Part shown: piece after piece, positions 51,537-64,000 of the stretch
How the letters are laid out: each line of letters starts with the position of its first letter
How positions within the stretch are numbered: the stretch's first letter is position 1
Assembly (NCBI GenBank): GCA_964234715.1
Contig: OZ174280.1
Direction: 5' to 3' (one strand)
DNA from: Podarcis melisellensis
Taxonomy: Eukaryota
Length of the DNA: 64,000 nucleotides
The notes under the pieces: model-generated
Seen by the model: only the letters and a program-made list of their open reading frames with translations
What the model was told of the DNA's origin: nothing
The model's database searches: none
Translations under genes and position numbers: made by a program

Positions 51537-53894
51537 ACGCGAAGGAAGTGCTGCGATAATTCTGTGCATGCACACTGGAGAAACAAAATACAAATGGATG
51601 CAAGATGGCATTTTCCACTTTTTGTGAGAGCATGTACACAAGTCCTTTAAAAAAATGTACATCATGTTTAAAATAAGATGTAAAATGTGTAAACACTTGT
51701 GAATATATTATTATTATTGTTATTATTGCTGTCCGTATGACCTACATGCCTACATACATTTTGGGCCTACTCAAGGCCCAAGTTCTTTTTCACTGTTTCC
51801 TGAGAGAGAGGGAGAGAGTACCTGCTGTTTCCAGCTTTACGTAAAGTATAGAACTCCCTCCATGTTTATCTACTTAAGAAATTAGGCTTCTCAACCTTTG
51901 CAATAAAACTATCTCACCCCTCCCCCGTCCCCCCTCAGATTCATTTGTTGTCATCACAGTGGTACCCTCCTTACTGTGTTTTAATTCCAGTCTCTAATCT
52001 CAGCGCTTCTGTGATAAATTAATTGTAATGATAGAGGCCACAGTTACGAGGGTTGCTCCGCTTGCTTGTAATCTGAGCGACAGGTTTAGGGCCTGCTTTA
52101 TTTAAGATGCAAGGGTAATTACATGGGAGTTCGCATATGCAGGCAGAGAGATATGATTCATTCTCCCGGCGACGGCCATGACACAGCTGTTTGTCGGATA
52201 AAATAGCGGAGCCGTGTTGTTACAAAATGTTCTCCTTATTATACCTCATTAAAAACAAGGCTGCGATAAGTCAGTCCTGGCAATGAATAAAACGTATTGC
52301 CCCCTGTAAAAGCTGATAGGAAAAATGGGGCTCACCCAAGCAGTATCGGGTCATTTATTTATTTTTGAGACCTCTCCCATTCTCTTTACTTTATCCCTCT
52401 TTCTGTACTTTTGAGGCCGCCAAAGAGATATTATTTCCCCCCACTTTGTCACCCATTGATTTTGTTCGCTCTCTTGTGCTACCCTGCTTTTTCCCAGTGT
52501 TAACAGACAAATACAGAAAGCACCGAGAAGCAATTAGCAAAGACTTTTGCCAAGAACAAAAGAAGGGATTTGTTCTTCTCAGCCCAACATAAGTTGTTCC
52601 TCTTCACCTTTATCAAGAGCTACAGGCATCTGGAAAGGTAAAGATCTTTATGGGGCTTGACTCTTTAAAAAGCAGGTTGAAAAAGAAAAAGACCCTTCCT
52701 TAAAGGCAAGAGAAAATATCCCCTCTATTCTCTTTCCCTGCCCCCCCTCCCACCTTCACAGCTTCCTTTTTTTGCTTTTCATTTTTAATAGCCTTAAGTT
52801 TAAAGTGTTGTGGGTTTCCCTCCTCTCTGTTCTTTGTTACTCTGAAAGAAAACAAAAAAGTTGAAACAATAAAAAGGCAATGTGGAAAAAAGTGAGTGAC
52901 TTCTGAGAATGGCATCAGGGTGAGCTGTCGAGGAAAGGGCTCTCTGAACTGGCTTGCTGGAGCAGCTGTATCAATCCTGCATCTGCCACAGTTCCTGGGT
53001 GCTGGCGTTCAAAGAATGGCTTTGGTTTGTATGTGCTTGGATTTCTTTTTGAATACACACTTTAAAGTATTGTGCTCTGCTGGGCTGCCCAGGATTTGGA
53101 TTAATTATTAATTTCTTTGTCACTTTTCTGGCCTAAGGGTGCTTTTTAGGCTTGATTTTTACTGATGGGAAAAATCAGATCTGTAAGGCTGAAAATCCTC
53201 TTCATTCTTCTCAACCTTTTCTAACATCTCCTAGAACAGGGATAGTCAATGTGGTGCCCCATCATTCCTGGCCTTTTGCTATGTCGGTTAGAGCTGAGTT
53301 GGGAGTCCAACATTGGGAAGGCTATTTGTTCCCTGTAACCTGCACCAAAAAAGTGAGCATGAAGTTACCTGTCTATACTGAGGAAAACTGAGGCCCCTGC
53401 TTACTTAGTATTTGATCGAGCCAGAACCGCTTGGAAGGTATTTCAGTTTATACAAATGTTCTGGTAAAGGAGGGGGGCAGGAGCACTTAATTGGTTAGTC
53501 AGCTAATTAACCCCAGATTATCTATAATGTTCTTAGAAACCTTACTGCACAATGAATTGCCCCCAAAATTTATTACCTTAATGCAAAGAGGACATAGCTT
53601 AATTGTGACAGAAATTAAAAAGAATAATCTGTAGAAACTGGTTTATGATGCATGGTACCTCCTGTAACAACAGCAGCAGAGTAGTAGTAGTAGTAGTTGT
53701 AACTATTATTTTTTCAATGCTTTTTCCAGAAAATAACATATTAGAAAAACATAAAAGAAGGGAAGGATCAAAAAGTTGTGCAAAACTCAGGAAAATTAAC
53801 GATACATAGTAGTACACAAATGATTTTTGTGCAATCCTACCCAAATAGATACCAAGATTATTAAGTTTATAGCAAAGAAGCTTAAGGCAGTATA

Positions 53895-54040
53895 CATCAC
53901 TCTCTTCCATTTTATCTTCACAATATCTCTGTGAGAATTTAGGCAGAGAGGTAACCACTGCCTTAAGTTTGTCTGTGAATTTTATGCCTGAATGGGGATT
54001 TGAACCTAGGTCTCCGCCTCTAACCACCTTACCACAGAGG
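53895..54040 (-). mobile_element. MIR-like/L2-partner SINE remnant; relatives near 37660-37790 and 48260-48425
   Basis: CCATTTTATCTTCACAA...CTGTGAG and reverse B-box GGGATTTGAACCTAGGTCTCC. Confidence 0.6.
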
Positions 54041-54056
54041 CTCACATAACTGTGAT

Positions 54057-54943
54057 TAGGGCTGGGTGATATTGGGTTTTCAACATCGTGGTGTATTGCC
54101 AGCCAATCACCTGGGTTTGGCGATATACCGCAATACTGAAAAAACCTGCAATGGCCCCAGCTTGTGAGATGCCAGGTGAAACTGCTGCAGCTTTCATCTA
54201 TCACATTGTGGGCTGTGGCCAATACAGCTGGCCCCAGCCTTCTGCTTAGCCAGGGGGCAGAAAGGCTCCTGCCTCCAGCTGAGCGAGACTTGAGGCCCCT
54301 GCCGGTCGTGCTGGAGCAGCAAGGACCTTGGGCCTCCTTGGCCAAGCTCCCTCTGCTTTCGCTTGTATGGGGGGGGTGAGTTACCTTGCCAGCTTGCCCC
54401 CCACTCCCTGAAGACGGACCAAGCGACAGTAGCCAAGGACACAGAGCCTGCCTTCACTTTCACACGTGAGGGTGCGCTGTCTCTTTCCTCTCATGGGGGT
54501 CGTTCACCCCAGGAGGAATGACGCAGCCCACCCTCCTGGGAGAAGTTCGTAAGGTGCGGGGTACAAAGCCACCCTATCCGCGCCTTGCAGAGAGGGGCTG
54601 TTGGAGGCTGCTGCCCAGTGCTGGCCCACCAGCAGCAGCCAAGAGCCCCTACACTGCCTGGCTGCCTTCCACCGGTGCTGATTCAGCTTCATTTTCCCTC
54701 TGCTGGGGCAGAGTACAATGGTGGTTTCATCGGTATGTCGCTGGTAAAACTGCCGCAATTTGAGTCCCTCTGCCTCCAGCTCCCATCTAGTTTGTTCATC
54801 CCTCAGTGCGCTGGGCGCTGGAGGCAGTGGGCCTCAAGTGCGGTGACATTTTCACCAGTGACATACCGCTGAGTGAAGCTGTCATTGTGGTCTGCCCCCA
54901 CATACCGGTCCTGGGCGATATATTGATATATCACCCATGCCTA
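54057..54943. mobile_element. Non-autonomous hAT transposon (887 bp) with GC-rich interior
   Basis: TIRs TAGGGCTGGGTGATAT / ATATCACCCATGCCTA (14/16 match). Perfect 8-bp TSD ACTGTGAT at 54049-54056 and 54944-54951. Subterminal GGCGATATA repeats. Confidence 0.9.
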
Positions 54944-55147
54944 ACTGTGATAAAAGTTTCTTCCTACTTCTGTGTTTCCCGTGATCCCAGAACAGCTAGT
55001 TGCTGTGGCAACAGTATCTTTATTTGGTGCAGAGAACCCCAACCTGACATGGTGGCTACAGGTGCCAGGTTGGTGGTGCTGGGGTTTTGTTTGGAATTTT
55101 TTGGAAATGGCAAGCACTTTCTTCACCTGTGGAGGGGTTTTACTGAA

Positions 55148-55181
55148 TGTGTGTGTGTGTGTGTGTGTGTTTGTGTGTGTG
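55148..55181. repeat. Interrupted (TG)n microsatellite
   Basis: Direct reading. Confidence 0.95.
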
Positions 55182-55532
55182 GTATGGAAGTGAGAGAGTG
55201 AGATGGACATGAGAGAGAAAGAAAAAAATACACACAGGATTCCTGTTCCCGGACCCTTCTTGTCTCAGTGAAGAGTGCATAAGCGCTCCCTCATTCTGCC
55301 CTCTTCCATGTCCAAAAGGGCCCGTGAGCCTCCAATCATGCGTCAGCTGGATGCAACTTAAATGGTTGCTGCCTGTGTGGATATATATGTATAAGTATTG
55401 TATATGTAAAGTGCTTGTGTGTGAACGATGCATATGTGCCTGTGGTGCTGTATATACGAGAGTTAGTGTGGTGTGACCACCCCGATTATTTTTCCTGGCA
55501 CTGGGGTATGTTCCATGTTATTATTAGACAGC

Positions 55533-55535
<3 letters not shown>

Positions 55536-55568
<33 letters not shown>
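55536..55568. repeat. (TG)16 microsatellite
   Basis: Direct reading. Confidence 0.97.
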
Positions 55569-55572
<4 letters not shown>

Positions 55573-58500
55573 CAATATTGTGTGATTTCCATAGTCAGAA
55601 CCAGCAAGACATAGGTGACTTCCTACAGCAAATATGAGGTTGCCTTGGGTAGGGGGAGTTTGTTGGGGAAACAACAATGACTGTACTCCCTCTAATTGTG
55701 TGCTATGGCATGCCCCTACAGCAGCCATTTTGTGTAATTCCATGCCCTCACAGCAGCCATTTTGTGATTGGCACCACAGCACTTTGTCAAAATTTGAAAT
55801 GTGCCCGCTGGTCTAGGATGATGGCTGGCATCGAGCCAAGCTGTGGCATAGATCTGCCACAATGATGTGTGTATCAAGTCTGAGTCCATGTTATGTGAAT
55901 TTTGTTCCGCTGATCATTGCTCTAGACCAGATGCTTCATTATTTGTGGTGTGTCTTGAGGGTTTGACTTAGGCAGAGACTTCTATTGTACCTGTTCCTAG
56001 CTGAATTGTAGATTTGCTTCCCATTACTACACTGTGTTTTGAGCTCCTATTGCAGTTTAGTAGCACCCCATAGCTTATTAGCAGGTGGTAGGATGGCCAT
56101 ATGAAAGAGAGGGCAGGGCTTCTGCACCTTTAATAGTTACATAGAAGAGGGAATTATGGCAGATGTAGCTTCCGTGGCATTAAATCTGCTGAAATTCTCT
56201 CTTTAATTCTTTCTTTAGCTTCACAACTGTTCAAGATGCAAAAGCCTTCCCCTCTTTTCTTTTGGGCATTGTAGCAAGTGGATTTTTAAATGTAACTGTG
56301 TGCGTTTGCTTTTACTGGCCAAGTAGAGGTTTCACAATTCAAACCTGAATGAACTTCCCGAGTACTTTCCTTAAGGGCATTTTTAGCAAATTTGTAAGGG
56401 AAAGGACTTGATTAAAGTAATTATTGAGACAAATCTATGTGGTTTTATCTTTCAAATTAGATGAGAAAGTCCAAAGTAGCTAGGGCAACTTGTTACTTGA
56501 CCTCTATAACTCTCATAATCTCTGCATGCAAACCTCTTCCTAGCTCTCTGGCCTTTTCTTCATAGTTCTTGAGTAGAATTGAACATTGCACTATTGCAAA
56601 TATTCTGTCTGTGCAAGCGTTTCAGCTTGCCAGACAGAATGTCTCTCCTTCTCACCCTGTGTGCTATCCTGGGCATTTTCCTGATCCCACCAGAGCCATT
56701 CCCAAGGGGCATGTGGTGGGGAAATATGAAAGGCCTATTGCACAAGTGGAAGCACTTACACAGGGCTTCTGCTGATGTGGCTCATTAGATGAATTCTGCC
56801 CCTTAGTCCCAAGCAGGATTGCTATGCCTTAGTTCAGGAATGGTCAGCATATGGAGCCAAACAAAAAATATACTCTGACTCGGTGAGTCCCAGGTAAATT
56901 GCAGTTTGGTTTAAGATGATCAGTGTAATTTGCACAGAGGTTATGGCATCATCCCATAATAGGTAGAAGTGTTATCTTTCTTAAATGACAGTGGGATTAT
57001 TAAACTTTATTGAAAATAATAATAATTTTCTTACCTATACCCTGCCTAACTGGTTGTGTTGCCCCAGCCACATTGGGGGGGGGGGGGGAATACAAATGCG
57101 GACCTTCTGAACTCTTGAAATGCACAAGTTGTGAGATGTGGATAACAATGGATTTGGGTATGCTTTTATATAATTTCTTTTTGTGCTGATTTCTGTAGCC
57201 CAAGGGTAAACAGAAGCTCCTGGCAGGTGAGCCACTGCTGCTTACTTAGGAAGGGGAGAGGCAAGGTGGTGAGGAAGGTGCAGGAATGCCACACTGACTC
57301 CACTAGCGTGTTGGTACAGCGCTTACCTCTCTGCTGCATTACCCCTCCCAATAAGCAGCAGCAGCTCGGCCCCCCCAGGAGGTCAGGTAAGCATTTCTGC
57401 TCCACCGCACTGTCCACTAGTGGGAGTAGACTCTAAATCGCTTCGGCTACCTTTGCTGTGCCAAGGTCTTGCACCCTGAAAAGTTTATCCATTTATTGAT
57501 GGGTAAGTCACTGTACAGAAAATATTTGCAACAAGAAATGCCTTGGTGGTTAACTATGTTCCCTCTCCTATTCTACCGCATATGTGCAAATTCATTTCCA
57601 AACACAAATGCAGTCACAAAGTCTAGAAATGTTCGAACGGTTATAGAATTTAACAGTAACCATCGTTACAGGTTACTACTTTGTAAAAGTATACTTTTAT
57701 TGTGTATTATTTGGATTCCACATCCCTTCAAGTTACGCTGTTGATCCAGACACCCCTACCAACACTGTCTTATAAATGCTAATTAATTGTACAGGCTGTG
57801 TTCAAATACGTTTTACTCAGAATAGACCAACTCTAATGTATGAACATGACTCAGGGTGAACGATGTGTCCTCTAAGCAGTACCTGATGAGCAGCATCATG
57901 AGAGGGCTGTTTCCAGCTACCCCACCCTTTGCCCTTAGAGTCCTTATAAGTAGCTGCTACAGGAAAGGGACACTGGGAGGGGTGTTTGTAGGACTAAGAT
58001 GAAACTGTGATGCTCCCTTGTTATTTTTGATAGTGGATGCTACATGTTGTTTAAGTAAATCTAGGTATATTTCTAGTACTGGAATGCTGGTTTTTGGTAC
58101 ATGATTACATTTGTTATTATTCTGCTGTGTTATGAAATTGTTTTCATAGTGTTTGTTTGAAATGCACCCCTGTCTCTTTGTTGTGAGCAGCTTTTAGCAT
58201 GATTTTTGGGTGGAAGAGCGGCATACAAATTAAATGAATGAATGAATGAGAATGCTCAGCTTGCAGAATGTGACCTTGTAGGATGCTGAAACAGACTAGT
58301 TGGTCAATCTCTGTAAACCCCCCCACACACCATTGCCTTTTGTTTAGGGTTTTCCTGCAAGGAAAGGAGTCTGTTATCCTTAGGGTCTATTCTGCAAGGG
58401 ATTAAACATGTCATGGCACACTATGAGCTAATAGTTTAGATATGTTTTCAACTAAAGAAGTAGTAACTGGAATTTGGATTTTGATGGTCAGTCTTTAAAA

Positions 58501-59766
58501 AATAATATTTTTGGTGTTGAGATCTTCAAAACCTCAATAGTGCAGCAGGAGAAGTGTTTGTTTCATAGATTCTGAAGTCCTTCAGTCAAGGCACAGTTGG
58601 TTGCTAAATGCTGCTAAAGGGGCTAGATTCCATGTATGGAAGGACAGGCTGGTTGGCCACACAACTGCTTCCACTCATTGACCACAACTACCTTTCAACT
58701 TCTGAAAGGTAGAATTAAGAAGAGTGGCCATGTTAGTTACGAATGCAGTGGGCTTGAGTGCCTGTGAGTGAGCACAAAATCCAATCCCTCTCATGGTGCT
58801 GACTTCAGCATAGTGGACTGAGGTCAACTGCCATAGTCACCAAATGGTGTTTGCTCTCAACGCCTCAAGAAGCAGGTGAGTAAATCTTGTGGCAAGCTTT
58901 GTTACTGTGGAGCTCCTTTGTATTGCACACAAAAGTCTACCAACTCTTTTATTTTTGGCATGTGTGTGTGTGTGTGTGTCTGTCCTCTGGAGCCCCTAGA
59001 TCACCAGCAGTAGCAGCAGTGGAGAGGGGACAATAGGCTTTGTCAGGGCTGGGTTTCTCTCTTACATCGCCTCTGTCCTAGGGAAGGGGGGAGCCTGTGC
59101 TACTCAAGGAGGCTTTGTCTTGCTGGGTTTTATGCACTCTCTTTTGGAGGTAGGGATGGGGTGGGGGAGCAGTGGAACTCCTGAATTTTAATCAAGTTGA
59201 GCTTTGAAGAATTCAAGGCGGGGTGGGGTTGTTGAGAAGGAGGGGAAAAGAGGGGGTTGTTGAGGAGAGGTTACTTTCTAACTTAGACCAATGTGTCTGT
59301 GAAGGGGTTCTCCCCCCCCCCCAATCAACATTTGCAGCACCCATTTTGGCCATTGAAGCCTCAGGTTTAGAGTATGTTTTTTTCAAGATTTGGGGGAAAT
59401 GGGTGGTGGTGATGGTTATGCTATTTGATTGAAGAGTGGTAGGCAGCTGCTTTGTAACTGTTCAGCAGTGGCAGCAGACACTTGTGGCTGTGTGGAAACT
59501 TCTGCCTGAAATGTGGGTATCTTTGAATGGCCGCTTCTCTGTCCAGGGAAGCACCAGCCTAACTTATTTCTCTTGCCAATGGCAGATTTGACTAGTGTCA
59601 GCTAAAATAATTCAATCAGCTCAGGCTGTCTTTTCTCCTTCACTGAGAATTCAGGCTGGCCACAGCATAGATCATAGCAGCCTGCTTTGGGATAGCTGCC
59701 TAAATGCCAAGCGAACTATTATGGAAATATCTGACCCTGTCAGCATGAACTTAGGTAGAGTGTTAG

Positions 59767-60011
59767 GACTGGACAAATTTGTGGAGGATAAGGCTATCAA
59801 TGGCTACTACCCATGATGCCTGTGTCCTCCCTCCACAGTCAGTGGCAGTAATGTTTCTGAATACCAGTGGAATCCATGTGGGGTGTGTGGGGGTGTGCGT
59901 TCTTGTGCTCAGGTCCCTCGTGAAGGTTTTCCACAGGCTTCTGGGTAGTTACTGTGCAAACAGGATGCTGGACTGGATGGGCTAATGCCCTGATACAGGA
60001 GACTCCTCTTA
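59767..60011 (+). mobile_element. CR1 LINE 3' end fragment
   Basis: GACTGGACAAATTTGTGGAGGATAAGGCTATCAATGGCTAC...AAACAGGATGCTGGACTGGATGGG, homologous to 2945-3180. Confidence 0.78.
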
Positions 60012-60669
60012 CAGGCAGTCTAGGGGTAGAACTATCAGCTCCCTTCATTTTTAGTCTCTGTTGCTCTTAATAGAACTCAGCAGGGAGAAAGTTGGAGACA
60101 AAACTAGAATTAGTTGGTTACTTCTCTCATTGGCGCTGGCTACATCTACACTCCCTGGCATAGCTGTCAAATTTTCCCTTTTTTAAAGGGAAATTCCCTT
60201 ATTCCGAATAGGATTCCTCGCAAGAAAAGGGAAGAGTTGACAGCTATGTTCCCTGGCTGCTGCCATACTAGTCCCAGTGGGCACCAACCACCACTGTTTG
60301 AGAGGCAAAGGGTGGCATGACACACTGTGTAAACCTTTCTGAAGCTCCTGATCAGCACTGAGATAGCAGTGTAGGGCTGGTAGCAAGGGGGCTTACACTT
60401 TTCCTTCCGCACTGTGGTTCCAGTGAAAACCCCAACCCCAAATCTGCTATTTGTCATAGGAGGGAAGATTCCCTTACCTAACATATAGCGGCTTCTGACA
60501 GTAGCTGTTTGTTGGAACTGCAGCATGGGAAGAAAGAGTTTTTAAAAGATTTCTAGATTGCTGGCCATTAGAATAATTCTGGAGCTATAGACAAGGGAGT
60601 GCCTAGTAGTCTCACTTCTCTTTCTAGCTGCTTTGTGTACTCCTGCTAACTTTTCCAGTGATACTTTGG

Positions 60670-61010
60670 TATTCAGGGCCACAGGGCCACTTTCTTTCAT
60701 GGGAAGCCTTCCAAAGGCCACATGCCAGTAGTGGGTGGGGTCAGAGGTAAATGTGGGCAGAGCAGTGCATGCGGCTATCTAGGTACAATAGGCTATATTC
60801 CAGCCTTGCAAAAATACACACACACACACCCTTCATCCAGGCAAGCAAGAGGCATTATCACATTTGAATGACACATTCTAGAAAGGCAAAAGCAGAAAAG
60901 GGTCATTGAGAGGTGCAGCTTTGGAAGGGAGATTGGCCTAGGGAAAATCCCGAGGGCTAGATAAAGAGGCCTGGGGACATTTGGTCCCCAGGCACAGGCT
61001 CTACAGTTTA
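60670..61010. mobile_element. Degenerate non-autonomous hAT-like element
   Basis: Shares motifs with 39255-39740 and about 49020-49200 (GGCCACATGCCAG..GTGG). Confidence 0.5.
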
Positions 61011-61791
61011 CACTCCTGTCGTGATCGATTCATCTGTATCCCCTCCCATCTGCAATCTGCTCATCTTATATATGTTGCTCTCTTAGCCCGTTTTCACATC
61101 AGCTGCTTTGCTCTATTTTTCTTTGTACAAACCTTCTGAACACTGTTCTATTTTAATTTCTTTCAAATTTACATTTCTGTCACTTTAAACCCTTTTAAGC
61201 AGCCACATTAGTGTAGTATTGCCACACAGCACAGGAATGTGATTCTCCCAGTACTATACAAACCTGTGCCACTTTTTTTCAATCTCCTCTCAGAGTCTCT
61301 GTGTAGATGGCATGGTATCTTATTGTATCCGTGCTTGATTTTATCATTCAGCTGCCTGAGAAGTTACTTTCCTTTGTTTTGGGCAGAGTCATTTAATATG
61401 AAAGCAAGTTCCAAGGCATCCTTGCACTGTGATTCTTTGTCATTGTTCTTGTCTTCAATAGGACCTGTTATATGCCCTGAACCCCAAGGACTTGTTCCAT
61501 TGATGCCTTTTTCTCTAGATCAGTTGAGCTCCTGCTTTCCACTAAGACACAGCTGTCCCTATGGGATTGACACTGCATCATGGCTCTAAGAAGGTTTACA
61601 ATATCCATGGCAATCTTTCATAATCACTGATGCATGCACGTTCCATGTGGGCAAGAGAAGTGCCTGTGTTGGAGCTTTCATATGGCTCCTGTTTTCTGGG
61701 CTCAGCATATCCTATGGCTCCTGCTCTCACTTCCTGCCATAATGAAGTGGCAGCAGTGGGAAGTGCAGAAATTGGGTGCTTCTGGACTGAT

Positions 61792-61910
61792 GGGGTTGTA
61801 GCCAACTTATTTTTACTCAGAGTAGACTCATTGAAATTAATGGAACTAATTTAGTCATGTTCATTTATTTCCGTGGATCTACTTTTGACTAGGAATAGTA
61901 TTAACAACAA
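61792..61910. mobile_element. Palindromic MITE (TACTCAGAGTAGAC family)
   Basis: AGTAGACTCATTGAAATTAATGGAACTAA / TTAGTCATGTTCATTTATTTCCGTGGATCTACT forms an imperfect inverted repeat. Confidence 0.6.
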
Positions 61911-64000
61911 GTCATGGCTCTTAGCTCTAATCAATCACTGCCCTTCTGCTATAAGCTACATGTGAAATTGCAATGGACTTCCGCGTTTCAGGGGGTATGA
62001 AAATTGTTTGAGTGTACACCCCAATTTGTTTGGCCTCTACTAGTGTGTGCGACATAGCTGTATCGGTAACAGGCCTACAACTTTTTTTTAAAGTTGTTTT
62101 AGCACTAACTTGGGGGGAGAAACTCAGCACAGGAAAACAACAACAACAATTTTATTATTTATACCCCACCCATCTGGCTGGTACAGTGAAGTAAATGTTA
62201 AAATTTTCACTAAAATTCTTAATTTCATTTTACACTGTTTCACAAATATTGCAATGATTTTAAAAATGAAGCTGAAAAGGTAGAGCAGTTTTTAAAAAAG
62301 GAAGGTGATACAATTATGTTGGCAAGAAAGTTAAAGTGTGCTGAAAGAGGTGAGTAGCACACAGCCACCCCTCTCTAAAAAGATGGAAGAAATGTGCTGA
62401 GGCAATCAACACCTGTGGAGATTGTGCTCCTATTCTGTACATCCCCAAAATTCAAATTTTCTGTGGTCAAAAAAAGGGATGGAAGAACCTTAAGGAAAGA
62501 ACCACTGTTTAATTACAGTGTCATGTAAAAGTCCTATAAAAAGTGAATGACCAATGTGTGTGTATTGCAGAGTAAATATCCAGTGGGGAAGAGATGAGTA
62601 ATTTGTGTAGCTACTAATAAGTAATACTCTGACAAACACTAAGTGAGATGGTAAACAGGTGCCAGTAAATCCTGATCTGCCGTCTACCAAGCAGATCTAA
62701 AGATTCTTAACAAGATCACCTGATAATTATCAAGAGGAATATATTCTGTTAATGCCAACCAGATTAATTCCTCCCAGGAGCTGGGGGAACTGAACAGACT
62801 GGTCTAATTTGTGATTTTTTAAAATCTTTGATTCATATTTGATTGAGTGAGTGATTGAATGATGGAGTAACTGATGCCATTAAAAAAATTAGCATTATTT
62901 TTTTTCCATTGAAAATGAGTTGCCTTCCCTTCTGTTCCTGCAAATAACTTTTTATTTTAACATGAATTGCTCTGGAATTTTGACATTGGGGCTTATTCTC
63001 ACAAGTAATTTGGATCTATTTTCTTTCTGTTTTTAATTAAGGTTCAAGTTGATAACTACCTGTTATGGGCAAGAGTTAAGTCAAAGCTATGCTAGTGGTC
63101 TTCACAAGTTAGATGTATTTTATAATACCTAATGAAGCTGTAAGAACCTTCTTTCCTTCAAGTAAAACTATAATGCAGTTTTAATGTTAGCAACCACCAA
63201 GCAAGAATAGCAGCTCAAACTTTAAAGCCATTCTTAGTATTCTTGCTTGACTTGTGATTTGTACACATTTGGCCTGCTATATGCCTCCTTTGCTAGGCAG
63301 AGGCCTTACAAATTTCATTCCCAGCAGTGCTGGAAATTCATGGGTGGTTGAGTTAAACCTGAGACTGCATCCTACTTTACCTTGTGTTTCCCTCCCCACT
63401 GTTGTCTCCCTTAATTCTTTTCTGTGGTTTTGGTCCCACCTGATTCTTGCTTGCTGGATCGCTGCCCCTCTATCTCAAGGCTCAGTTAACTTTCCTCCTG
63501 CAGCACAGGTTAAGCCTGTGCTAAGGGATTCTCCGGCACACCCTGCTTGCCTTGCTCTGTTGCCGACAGCTTTTTTCATTATTTATTTAATGTCTTGTAC
63601 CGTAAATAATGGTGACTTTATGGTTATTAGGAACGGGTTAAGGTACATGCGGGCAGCACCAGGCTGCCTTCAAAAGGAGCAGCCCCGGCATAAAATGTTG
63701 TGATAATTGCTTTACTGCTGAGTGCTTGGTCTTTATTTTGTGTCCGATTTGTCTCTTAAGCCAGCGTAACATTCTCCCCGCTGCAGGAGAATGCCGAGAG
63801 CAAATTGAAGGTCTGAGCGTGAACAATGCAACATGGTGCACTGCTGGGTTTTTCTTTTCCCTTTCTTCGTTCCTCTGCCGACCACCCCAGTCCCCCTCCC
63901 CTTCTAGCTCTCAGCCTCTTTGCAATTATTACACCTCTCCACACCATCTGAACTTAAGAGATACCATTGGTTCATCTGGCCCCAGCATTCAGCCCCCTTG

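Larger units (their letters stand above)
22228..64000 (+). other. RNF220: RNF220 intron 2 (continues beyond the window)
   Basis: No further RNF220 coding exon is recognisable. This intron is recalled as very long in mammals. Confidence 0.85.

Noticed and set aside
53599-54345. 248-aa minus-strand ORF
   Set aside because: It crosses a hAT end, a SINE remnant and a TAG repeat, so it is a patchwork with no protein homology.
55705-55770. Direct repeat ATGCCC..ACAGCAGCCATTTTGTG x2 as a CRISPR-like or regulatory array
   Set aside because: Only two units in vertebrate DNA; most likely internal repeats of a decayed DNA transposon.

Overview
Vertebrate genomic DNA from a squamate reptile, probably a lacertid lizard (inferred from Sauria-type SINE, Bov-B, CR1, L2, Penelope and hAT/TcMar MITE content). 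The window holds about 14 kb of repeat-rich intergenic sequence, then the 5' end of RNF220 on the + strand. That comprises a CpG-island promoter (about 14.1-17.5 kb), a predicted first exon ending at 14705, a 6.8-kb intron 1, exon 2 (21486-22227, ATG at 21603, 625 coding nt) and the first 42 kb of a very long intron 2. No other protein-coding gene is supported; nearly all other listed ORFs are chance or transposon-derived. The most notable observations are: (1) a young Penelope-type insertion forming a 115-bp perfect palindrome with a minimal hammerhead ribozyme on each strand and a 15-bp TSD; (2) a candidate recursive splice site with a 100-nt PTC-containing RS-exon; (3) a candidate 36/40-nt cassette or poison exon in a CpG-retaining block; (4) a predicted spliced 5' leader that is stop-free in the RNF220 frame and carries two uORFs; (5) a pre-miRNA-sized hairpin; (6) several enhancer-like blocks. 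I do not see a clearly new biological system. These are testable candidates. Family names and comparisons to human are from recall, not from database searches.
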